The notes beneath the pieces were generated by a model. It saw nothing but the letters and a program-made list of their open reading frames with translations, was not told the origin of the DNA and did no database searches. From the NCBI GenBank assembly GCA_963756005.1, contig CAVWMC010000003.1, forward strand, positions 261,158 through 325,157: a stretch of DNA of 64,000 nt, in the 5' to 3' direction. The position numbers and the translations under genes were made by a program. Below, one piece after another: positions 1-8,062 of this stretch. The DNA comes from an uncultured delta proteobacterium. GTDB lineage: Bacteria; Desulfobacterota; Binatia; Binatales; Binataceae. Within the stretch, counting starts at the first letter, position 1; every line of letters begins with the position of its first letter.

Positions 1-1341
1 CGCGCGCTGGTTCTGATTATCGACAAATCAGGATCGATGGGCCGCAACGACAAACTCACCTACGCCAAGGCTGCCGCCGAGACCGTGACCAAGACTCTGA
101 AGGACAACGACCTGATCGGCGTGATCGGATTCGACTCGCAGCCGTTCGTCGTCATCCCGCTGCAGACCGTCGCTCAGAGCCGCCCGTATTTCGATCAGAT
201 GATCGACCGGCTCTCGGCACACGGCCAGACCTTCCTGATTCCCGCACTGCGCGAGGCCGAACGCACACTCGACAACAGCGCCGCGCAGGTCAAGCACGTC
301 GTAATCCTCACCGACGGTGAGACCGGCGGCACCGCCGATATGTACTACGACCTCGTCTCGCGGATGCATCATGACGCCGGCACTACGATCTCGACGATCG
401 CGGTCGGCAGCGAGGCCAACGTCGATTTGCTGCAGGCGATCGCGAAGTACGGCGGCGGTTCGTATTATCAGACCGACAGCGCGAGCAATCTGCCGCAGCT
501 TTTCGTTGACGACTTCAAAGCCCACGGCGGCGAGGTCACGATGGTCGAAAAAGAATTCACCCCGCGCACCGAAAGCCCCGACGCCGTTCTGAAAGATCTC
601 GCGTCACGCCAGATGCCGCCGCTCAAGGGCTACGTCTCGACCGAGATAAAACCGCGCGCCACCATGGACATGTACGTCGATCGCGGCGCCACTCGCGAGC
701 CCGTGATCGCAAGCTGGAAGTACGGCGCGGGCAAGGTGATGGCGGTGACGACGGACGCGAGCGGGCGCTGGTCGGGGCCGTGGGTCACCACCAATCTTTT
801 TGCGCCGCTCTGGGATCGCTTGCTCGCATGGATGACGCCGGAGATGCCGGCCGAACCGAAGATCGACGTCGCGCTCGGCTACAACGCGGGCCGCATCAAC
901 ATGAAGCTCACCGACTACAGCGCCGAGCCCGGCAGCGCGGCGCGCCTGGTGACTGTGCAGGTGACGCGGCCCGACGGCACGCATACTGAAACCGCGCTCA
1001 CCGAGGAAGTCGTCGGCGAGTTGTCGGGATCGATCGACGCGCCCGCACCCGGCAACTACTACTTCGAGGTGCGCTCGCCGTCGGGCAAGGACAAGAAGTT
1101 CCCGCCGCTCGCGTTCACCGTCAGTCCGAGTGTCAACGCCGAGCTGCCGCGCCCCGAGCCCAACTACGGCCTGCTCGAACAGCTCGCGTCCGCGACCGGC
1201 GGCCGTCTCAATCCGTCGCCCAGGGAAGTCTCGACCGAGCGCGCCACACTCGAGCGCCGCGTCTCGATGAATCCGTACCTGCTAGTCGCCGCGATGATCC
1301 TGCTGATCGCTGAAGCGCTCGTCCGCCGCCTGACCGCATGA
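1..1341 (+). CDS. vWA domain protein, BatB-like with C-terminal TM helix (5' end cut by the window edge)
   Basis: In frame from position 1. vWA MIDAS-like motif IIDKSGSMG and a DG..TD/ILTDGE region. Paralogous to the C-terminal half of the 33120..35705 protein (FDSQP, SW.YG.G motifs and a terminal TM helix). Confidence 0.8.
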   Translation, partial: RALVLIIDKSGSMGRNDKLTYAKAAAETVTKTLKDNDLIGVIGFDSQPFVVIPLQTVAQSRPYFDQMIDRLSAHGQTFLIPALREAERTLDNSAAQVKHVVILTDGETGGTADMYYDLVSRMHHDAGTTISTIAVGSEANVDLLQAIAKYGGGSYYQTDSASNLPQLFVDDFKAHGGEVTMVEKEFTPRTESPDAVLKDLASRQMPPLKGYVSTEIKPRATMDMYVDRGATREPVIASWKYGAGKVMAVTTDASGRWSGPWVTTNLFAPLWDRLLAWMTPEMPAEPKIDVALGYNAGRINMKLTDYSAEPGSAARLVTVQVTRPDGTHTETALTEEVVGELSGSIDAPAPGNYYFEVRSPSGKDKKFPPLAFTVSPSVNAELPRPEPNYGLLEQLASATGGRLNPSPREVSTERATLERRVSMNPYLLVAAMILLIAEALVRRLTA

Positions 1342-1901
1342 AGAAGCACGACTCAATCCACGCGAACCACCGCGTGCAGCGCGACTATCCGGCCAAAGTG
1401 AAATTCTGCCCGCTGTGCGGCGCCGCGATGGTCTCGCGCATGCTGATGCCGGAGAACGCCGAGCGCAAAGTCTGCACGCGATGCGGCTTCGTGCTGTTCC
1501 CGGGACCCAAACTGGTCGCCGGATGCTTCGTTATCGACGACGGCCGCGTGCTGCTGATCCGCCGCGGCATCGAGCCCGCAGTCGGCAAGTGGACGTTCCC
1601 CGGCGGCTACGTCGATTTCGGCGAGAACGCCGCCGAGGCCGCGATCCGCGAGACGCGCGAGGAAGTGGGGATGCGCGTCGCGCTCGGCCCTCTGCTCGGA
1701 GTCTTCAACGATTCGGCGATCACCGTCGTCGTCTATCTCGCGACACCCGGTATAGAAGCACCGTCGCTCACCGTCGAGGCGACTGAAGTCCGGTACTTCG
1801 CGCCCGACGAAATTCAATGGCACGATCTAGCCTTCCCGACGACCACCGACGCTCTGACGGCGTGGGTCGCTTCGACGCGAAAATCCCGCCAATCGCCTTA
1901 A
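1338..1901 (+). CDS. NUDIX hydrolase with N-terminal zinc ribbon (NudC-like architecture)
   Basis: CPLCG..CTRCG zinc ribbon followed by the Nudix box GKWTFPGGYVDFGENAAEAAIRETREEVG. ATGA start/stop overlap with the upstream gene. Confidence 0.85.
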   Translation: MKKHDSIHANHRVQRDYPAKVKFCPLCGAAMVSRMLMPENAERKVCTRCGFVLFPGPKLVAGCFVIDDGRVLLIRRGIEPAVGKWTFPGGYVDFGENAAEAAIRETREEVGMRVALGPLLGVFNDSAITVVVYLATPGIEAPSLTVEATEVRYFAPDEIQWHDLAFPTTTDALTAWVASTRKSRQSP

Positions 1902-1918
1902 ATTTCCCTCGTCGAGCA

Positions 1919-1945
1919 TTAGCGCTACTGACGCAAGTGTGCTAA
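1919..1945 (+). promoter_or_regulatory. CIRCE-like inverted repeat (candidate HrcA operator) TTAGCGCTA-N9-GTGTGCTAA
   Basis: Matches the CIRCE consensus TTAGCACTC-N9-GAGTGCTAA at 7/9 and 8/9 positions. Lies ~50 bp upstream of the small ORF 2005..2223 in an AT-rich promoter-like stretch. Confidence 0.45.
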
Positions 1946-2004
1946 ATAATTCATATTAACACTCCCGGCACCTGCGGCCATTCCAAGCAAGGAAGGTGGC
2001 TTTT

Positions 2005-2223
2005 ATGGAACGGGTTGAAGTAGTGGGCGGCAACGTTTTCGTCATCCGGACCCGCCAATTGAGTCCCGACTGGTGGTGCTGCGACCTTTACGAGCGCGTC
2101 GAGACCGACGCCGGCATCGAGGCCTTCGTGCTCGAGGATTTCGGTCAGTCGGAAATCGAGGCTATCGGGATGGCGCTGAGCGATGCGCACGATCCCGCGC
2201 ACATCCAGCATCACCATCACTGA
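2005..2223 (+). CDS. small hypothetical protein with C-terminal His tail (~72 aa)
   Basis: ORF with a strong RBS (aaggaaggtgg) 7-15 nt upstream of the ATG at 2005. The track start at 1996 is a GTG with no spacing to the RBS. No recognisable domain. Confidence 0.5.
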   Translation: MERVEVVGGNVFVIRTRQLSPDWWCCDLYERVETDAGIEAFVLEDFGQSEIEAIGMALSDAHDPAHIQHHHH

Positions 2224-2241
2224 TTCGCGGCGCGCCGAGTT

Positions 2242-3960
2242 TCAAACCTTACCTGCCGACGGCAGAATTTTTTGCCGCTCGTAGTCGGCCGTCACAGTCT
2301 CGATTGAATCCGCCTGTTCGGCCGACTTGTCGTCGCGGATGCGCACGATTCGCGCGAATCGCAGCGCCATCCCCGCGTCGTAATTCGGGCTGCGCTGGAT
2401 ATCATTATAAGCAACCTCGACGACGACCTCCGGGCGAACGGTCACGACGCCGTGCGACTCCGCGGTCTTGAGCGCGAGCAACCGTTCGGTCATCGCGCGG
2501 AATTGCTCGTCGTTCAGTCCCTTGAAGGTCTTGCCGAGCATCGCGAAGCCGCCGCTCTTGTCGCGCGCCGCCAGATGATAGTTCGATAACCAGCCGTGGC
2601 GTCGTCCGTAGCCCCACTCTGCCGCGACGATCACCAGGTCGAGCGTGCGCGTATGCTTTATCTTGAGCCATCCGCGGCCGCGCGCGCCGGGCGTGTACGC
2701 GCTCGCGAGCGACTTCGCCATCACGCCTTCGTACCCGGCGGCGACCGCGTCGGCATAAAATTTCTCGGCGACGGCGAGGTTCGGCTTGATGATTCGTTCG
2801 ACGATTTCCAGCCCGGCTGACGATTGCAGCTCCTCGAGCATGGAAATTCGATCCAGCCACGGATGATCAATCGTCAAGGCGCCGTCGAGCGCGAGCACGT
2901 CGAAGACGTAGAGCTTCAACGGCTGCTCGACGCGCGCTTTCTCGACCTCGCGCGTGCGCCCAAACCGGCGCATCAGATCCTGAAATGCGGCCGGCCGCCC
3001 CGACGCGTCAACGCCGATCACTTCACCGTCAAGAATCGCGTGGCGCGCGCCGATTCGATTTACAACTTCGACCACGTCGGGGATGCTCTCGGTGATCTCG
3101 TTGAGCCGGCGCGAAAAAATTCGCACGCCGCCGTCGCTCGCATGATGAATCTGCACGCGCGCGCCGTCGAGCTTGTGCTCGAACGACAGTTCCGCGCCCA
3201 GCGTCGCGAACGCCTCCGCGATATCCGCGACCGGAAACGCGAGCATCGGCTTGAGCGGTTTGACCGCGGCCGAAGATTTCTCTGCAACCGATTTCTCCGC
3301 GCCGGGAGTGCGGATCATTCGCACCACGCGCCCGAGGTCGGCCTCGAGCATGTGAATCCGGCGCACTTCGGCGACCGGCCGCGCGCCCATCCGCGCAATC
3401 GCCTCGAGCATCAGCCCTTCGCTCATGCCATGGCGCATCTCGCCGATCAGAATCTTCGCGATGTACTTGCCCTCGAACGCCGACGCTCGCGTGAACAGCT
3501 CGCGCAAGGCGTCGAGCTTGCGCTTGCGCGCGTGCCGCCCCTCGATCGCGGCAATCTCGGCAAACTTCTCGTTGAGCTCGCGAATCGTCAGCGTGGGTTC
3601 CGGGTCGGCGCCGCGAAGCTTGAGCGTCATCTCGATCGCCTCGCCAAAGTCTTCCGCGGCGGTGAAGATGTCCTCGCCCTGGTCGGCGCTGTCGGTCATC
3701 TCGGCAACGATTTTCCAAATCGCGCGCCCGCTAATCTGGAGCCGCTTCTCCTCGCCCTGCTCGACCGCCCGCCCGACCATGAACCGCGCCGCGATCTCAG
3801 CTTCGTCAATCTCGAGCGCGGCGAGAAACGTCCCGACCGTCTCTGCCATCTGCAACCGGCTCTGAGTCTGGCTGAGCGCCTGGCAAACCTCAGCGAAGTC
3901 ATAAAACGAAGGCACAACCGAGATTAATCCCGCCCACGGCGCATCGCGCAAGCACCCCAT
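2242..3960 (-). CDS. ATP-dependent DNA ligase (LigB/Lig I family)
   Basis: Adenylation motif EHKLDGAR (KxDG) plus an OB-fold C-terminal region. The N-terminus (FYDFAEVCQALSQTQSRL) resembles a ligase N-terminal domain. The exact start is uncertain; alternative GTG/TTG starts exist near 3900. Confidence 0.85.
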   Translation of the reverse strand: MGCLRDAPWAGLISVVPSFYDFAEVCQALSQTQSRLQMAETVGTFLAALEIDEAEIAARFMVGRAVEQGEEKRLQISGRAIWKIVAEMTDSADQGEDIFTAAEDFGEAIEMTLKLRGADPEPTLTIRELNEKFAEIAAIEGRHARKRKLDALRELFTRASAFEGKYIAKILIGEMRHGMSEGLMLEAIARMGARPVAEVRRIHMLEADLGRVVRMIRTPGAEKSVAEKSSAAVKPLKPMLAFPVADIAEAFATLGAELSFEHKLDGARVQIHHASDGGVRIFSRRLNEITESIPDVVEVVNRIGARHAILDGEVIGVDASGRPAAFQDLMRRFGRTREVEKARVEQPLKLYVFDVLALDGALTIDHPWLDRISMLEELQSSAGLEIVERIIKPNLAVAEKFYADAVAAGYEGVMAKSLASAYTPGARGRGWLKIKHTRTLDLVIVAAEWGYGRRHGWLSNYHLAARDKSGGFAMLGKTFKGLNDEQFRAMTERLLALKTAESHGVVTVRPEVVVEVAYNDIQRSPNYDAGMALRFARIVRIRDDKSAEQADSIETVTADYERQKILPSAGKV

Positions 3961-4119
3961 GTCATCCCGACGAAGCGAAGCAACACGAGCGGCATAAAGA
4001 ATCTCGGACAGCAGCGCGCAGTTCCTGCCATCCTGACGACGGGAGCGTAAGCGACGGGAGGAACGGATCTCGGACAGCTTCGCGTACGCGAAGCCGGTTC
4101 CGGTCTCTGAAATCGCGCA
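3961..4119. repeat. intergenic repeat family C, copy 1 (inverse orientation relative to copy 2)
   Basis: The 57-bp core CTGCGCGATTTCAGAGACCGGAACCGGCTTCGCGTACGCGAAGCTGTCCGAGATCC is present as its reverse complement, with GTCATCC(T/C)GAC motifs. It is near-identical to 30890..30946. Confidence 0.8.
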
Positions 4120-4132
4120 GCGCTCCTTATTC

Positions 4133-4948
4133 TCAGGCGCCGCCCATCGGGTGCGACTTTACGAACGGCACGAATACTTTCAGAAATTCGTCGCGCGCGT
4201 CCATGAAGGCGTGGCCAGCATCCGCGATGATGTGCAATTTCGCGCCGGGTATCTGCGACGCGATTATTTCCGAGTTCTTCGCCGGGATCAAAACGTCCTC
4301 GGCGCCGGTCACTACCAGCGTCGGCGCTTTGATTTGCGGCAGGCGCTCGTAAGTCTTCAGCGTGTAGGTCGCTTCGAGCTGGCGCTGGAACGCGAACGGC
4401 GGCGTCGGATATTTCAGCAGCCGCGGAATCGCGGCTTCGAGCTGGTCGCGATGCTCCGCGATGTACTTCGGCGTATGCCCGAGCGGCCATCCGCGGCGAA
4501 TCACGTCTTCGGGCGAAACGCCTTCGCGCGGCGCGGTCAGAATTTTCAGCGATTCGGGCGGCGGCGGCACGCCATGCGTCCCGCCCGCCGTGGTGCATCC
4601 GAGCGTGAGCGTCGCCGTCCGATTCGGATGCCGCAGCGCGAACTCCTGCGCGATCATCCCGCCCATCGACACGCCAAAAATATGCGCCCGCCGAACGTCG
4701 AGCTTGTCGAGTACGCCCGCCGCGTCATCCGCGAACATCTCGATCGAATACGGCGCGTCGGGCTTGTCGCTCTGCCCGGTGCCGCGATTGTCGAACGTGA
4801 TCACGCGAAATGTGCGCGCGAGTTCGGTGACCAGTTCCGGATCCCACTGCGCCGAGCTGGCGCCGAGACCCATGATCAACAGGAGCGGCTCGCCCTTTCC
4901 CGCAACGTCATAGTTGAGCTTCACATCGCCGACTTGAATCTTTGGCAT
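4133..4948 (-). CDS. alpha/beta hydrolase fold protein
   Basis: HG-box region LLLIMGLG, nucleophile elbow GVSMGG, and typical overall length. Confidence 0.85.
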   Translation of the reverse strand: MPKIQVGDVKLNYDVAGKGEPLLLIMGLGASSAQWDPELVTELARTFRVITFDNRGTGQSDKPDAPYSIEMFADDAAGVLDKLDVRRAHIFGVSMGGMIAQEFALRHPNRTATLTLGCTTAGGTHGVPPPPESLKILTAPREGVSPEDVIRRGWPLGHTPKYIAEHRDQLEAAIPRLLKYPTPPFAFQRQLEATYTLKTYERLPQIKAPTLVVTGAEDVLIPAKNSEIIASQIPGAKLHIIADAGHAFMDARDEFLKVFVPFVKSHPMGGA

Positions 4949-4958
4949 TTCGCTATCC

Positions 4959-5360
4959 TCACTTGTTAACGCAGAATCCCTGCTTCTTCATGTACTCGAC
5001 CGAGTTGTCGGTCAGCGGCGCGTCCGGCGTCGCGTCGGCCCGATAGACCGACGTATGCTGCGGATCGTAATAGCACATCAGCTTGATAGCCTGCCCTGCG
5101 GGAATCTGAAACTCGATCGACTCTGGCATGTTGGGCGGCCCATATGAATTCGTCATCGCCGGTTGCGGCGACGGCGATGCGGACCCGCCCTCGGCCTGGC
5201 ACATCTTGACCGCGTCGATCGGGCAACTGCCGGGCGCGGCGGTCGCCATCTGCATGCTTGCCAGATCCATTCCCGGCGGTGTCTCCTCCTTGCTCGAGCA
5301 CGCCGCAGTGCAAGCCGCGATCACCATGATAGTCAGCGCGCCGGCCAGTCTGATCATCAT
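4959..5360 (-). CDS. hypothetical Cys-rich lipoprotein
   Basis: Signal peptide with lipobox (IAACTAAC). No recognisable domain. Confidence 0.55.
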   Translation of the reverse strand: MMIRLAGALTIMVIAACTAACSSKEETPPGMDLASMQMATAAPGSCPIDAVKMCQAEGGSASPSPQPAMTNSYGPPNMPESIEFQIPAGQAIKLMCYYDPQHTSVYRADATPDAPLTDNSVEYMKKQGFCVNK

Positions 5361-5378
5361 ATCGGCTCGCTCGCCGCT

Positions 5379-6689
5379 TCAGGCCGCCGTCGATGCAACC
5401 GCGGCAACCTCGCCGCTCGCGCGCACGTCATTTCCAGCTTTGCGGCATTTGAGGATCAGCTCGCTGCGCGCGATGTAAGCGGTCTCCTCGATCACGATTC
5501 CATAGCGCGTAAGGATCTCGCGCAGCTGCTCGAGCGTGTAATGCGTGATGTGCTCGTCCTTGTATCCGCCCGGCATCAGGAAGCCGTAAATCGGTTCGAT
5601 AATCCGCCAGCCAATCGTCGCGTAGTCGGGCGTGCCGAGAATCAGCGTGCCGCCGGTCCGCAGCACCCGATTCATCTCGCTGAAAATCGATTCGTCGTAT
5701 CGAATATGTTCGATGACCTGTGAGCTCATCACGCAGTCGAACGAACCGTCCTTGAACGGCAGCGCGAAGGCCGATCCGTTGACCAGCGGGATTTCGTAGC
5801 GGCGCAGAAACCGCAGCTTGGCGTAGTTGAAGTCCATCCCGACGACGTTGTTGAGGCTCTGCACGATCAGGCTCGATCCGCAGCCCGCGTCGAGCACCCG
5901 ATCCGCGCCGCGCGCCCATAGCACGGTGATCCGATGGCGGCGGCGCTGCCAGTAGCGCTGCGGCGGAATCAGGCTGTAGAAGGCGCGTTCGTCGTAGTCG
6001 GCGGACGCGAGCGAGTTGCGGATTTTCCACAACGACAGCGATGAACGAAAAATTTTCCAGCCGAAGCTGAACAGCTTGGCGTGCGAGCGGCCGGCGCCGC
6101 GCGGAAAATACGTGAACGGAACTTCCACCACGCTGAATCCGTTGGCGTACGCCTTGACCAGGATTTCCTCCTGCACCTCGAAATTCGCCGACGTCAGTTT
6201 CAGGTCCGCGAATACCTCGCGCCGGTACAGGCGATAGCCGCTGGACATGTCGAGCACCGGGATCGACAGCATCCGCCGCAACGCCTGGTTCAGAAACCAG
6301 CTCGTCGATCGGCGGATGAAGTCGGAGTACGCGACGCCGCCGAGCACGTAGCGCGACGCCACCACGATGTCCGCGCGGGTGCGCGCCCGCCACATCTTGA
6401 GCACGAAATCCGGGTCGTGCGACTGATCGGCGTCGAGCGTCAGCAGGTAGTCGCCGCGCGCCTCGGCAATTCCGGTCTCCATCGCGCCCGCGTATCCGCG
6501 CTTGCGCTCCGCCATGACGCGCGCGCCGAGCGCCTCCGCCACTTCGCGGGTGCCGTCGGTGGACGGACCGTCGATCACGATGATCTCGTGAGTAATTCGC
6601 TCGCGGTCCAGCAGCGCGATGAGCCTGGGAATCAACACCCGCAGGTTTTCGGCCTCGTTCATGACCGGTAAAATTACGGAAATGTCCAT
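5379..6689 (-). CDS. bifunctional family 2 glycosyltransferase / class I SAM-dependent methyltransferase fusion
   Basis: N-terminal GT2 motifs (ILPVMNE, DGPSTDGT, LDADQSHDP) resembling dolichol-P-mannose synthase. C-terminal Rossmann MTase motifs VLDAGCGSS and FDCVMSSQVIEH. Confidence 0.8.
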   Translation of the reverse strand: MDISVILPVMNEAENLRVLIPRLIALLDRERITHEIIVIDGPSTDGTREVAEALGARVMAERKRGYAGAMETGIAEARGDYLLTLDADQSHDPDFVLKMWRARTRADIVVASRYVLGGVAYSDFIRRSTSWFLNQALRRMLSIPVLDMSSGYRLYRREVFADLKLTSANFEVQEEILVKAYANGFSVVEVPFTYFPRGAGRSHAKLFSFGWKIFRSSLSLWKIRNSLASADYDERAFYSLIPPQRYWQRRRHRITVLWARGADRVLDAGCGSSLIVQSLNNVVGMDFNYAKLRFLRRYEIPLVNGSAFALPFKDGSFDCVMSSQVIEHIRYDESIFSEMNRVLRTGGTLILGTPDYATIGWRIIEPIYGFLMPGGYKDEHITHYTLEQLREILTRYGIVIEETAYIARSELILKCRKAGNDVRASGEVAAVASTAA

Positions 6690-6801
6690 GCGGGCTCAGT
6701 TTCCTTTATGCCGTGACGCGAGAAAAGGGAATATGCGGGTTGCTGTGGCGGAAACGTCGCGCGCCGGGTCCTCGCGGAGTAATCTCTTGAAGCTGATGAG
6801 G

Positions 6802-8052
6802 ATGGGCGTGCGGAAAAAATCAATCCCGAAAATTATCGCGTTCGCAGTGATCGCTATGCTGGCGGCGGGTTCCAACACCTCGTTCGCGAAGGTCATTCAC
6901 CGGCATCCAGTCGCCGCGAAGCCGCATGAAGAGGTCCCGATCGTCCCGCTAACCTCGATTCACGTGCTCGGCGACCGCCCGGCGCCGTTCGCGCTCGACG
7001 CGAGAGCCGCCTTCATGATCGACGCCGACACCGGCGCCGTGCTCTACGCCTACAACGAGCACGAGAAAATGCAACCCGCCAGCCTCGCCAAGATCATGAC
7101 GTTCTACCTCACCCTCGACGCCTTGAAGGCCGGCAAGATCACGCCGACCACCGACATCACGATCAGCGAAAATGCCTGGCGGCTCTCGATGAACGACACC
7201 GTGTCGCGAATGTTTCTCGGCGTCGGGCAGAAGGTCGCGGTGAACGATTTGCTGTTCGGTCTGATGGTCTCGTCGGGCAACGACGCCGCCGTCGCGCTGG
7301 CGGAATACCTCGGCGGCAGCACCGACGCGTTCACCGGGATGATGAACGACAAGGCCAAAGCGATCGGGCTCACGGAGACTCACTTCGACAACCCCGATGG
7401 ATTGCCGGAGGCAGGCGAATTCACCACCGCGGCCGACATGGTCACGCTCGCGCACTCGCTCGTAACTCATCATCCCGAGGCGATCAAATACACCTCGGCC
7501 AAGCAATTCACTTTCGACAAAATCTCGCAGCCCAACTTCAACCGGCTCCTACTGCACGACGCGCGAGTGACCGGGATTAAAACCGGCCACGTTGACGAGG
7601 CCGGCTATCACCTCGTCGCGTCGGCGTCGTCCAACGGGATGAACCTGCTGTCGGCGGTGCTCGGCACGCCCTCCGAGACGCTACGCATGAATGAATCCGA
7701 AAAGCTGATCGATTGGGCGTTCCGCACTTTCGTCAGCTACCGCCCCGATCTGAAAAAATCGGTGCCCTCGACGATTCCGGTGCACGACGGCGTCGCCGAC
7801 ACGGTCGCGATCGGCCCCAACGGCGAAGCCGTCTTCACGCTCGGCCGCGGCGAAGAGAGCAAGGTGACCGTCCAGTTCGAGCCGTCTGTAAGATTTCTCG
7901 AGGCGCCGGTTCAGCCCGGAGTCTCAGTCGGCGATCTCACCGTGCTGCTCAACGGCAAGCCGCAGGCGACGATTCCGATCATAGCCAAGGCTGGCGTCGA
8001 ACGCGCGGGATTCTTCGGCCGCCTCCGTCAGAAGTTCAGCCGCATGCTCTAA
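6802..8052 (+). CDS. D-alanyl-D-alanine carboxypeptidase (S11 peptidase, PBP5/6-like)
   Basis: SxxK (ASLAKIMT), SGN (SSGNDAA) and KTG (GIKTGHVDEAG) motifs. Signal peptide begins at MGVRKK. The track ORF begins upstream at 6619, which would overlap the divergent gene. Confidence 0.85.
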   Translation: MGVRKKSIPKIIAFAVIAMLAAGSNTSFAKVIHRHPVAAKPHEEVPIVPLTSIHVLGDRPAPFALDARAAFMIDADTGAVLYAYNEHEKMQPASLAKIMTFYLTLDALKAGKITPTTDITISENAWRLSMNDTVSRMFLGVGQKVAVNDLLFGLMVSSGNDAAVALAEYLGGSTDAFTGMMNDKAKAIGLTETHFDNPDGLPEAGEFTTAADMVTLAHSLVTHHPEAIKYTSAKQFTFDKISQPNFNRLLLHDARVTGIKTGHVDEAGYHLVASASSNGMNLLSAVLGTPSETLRMNESEKLIDWAFRTFVSYRPDLKKSVPSTIPVHDGVADTVAIGPNGEAVFTLGRGEESKVTVQFEPSVRFLEAPVQPGVSVGDLTVLLNGKPQATIPIIAKAGVERAGFFGRLRQKFSRML

Positions 8053-8062
8053 GCGCGGCGCG

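Noticed and set aside
2824-3927. 367-aa plus-strand ORF
   Set aside because: Antisense to the DNA ligase.
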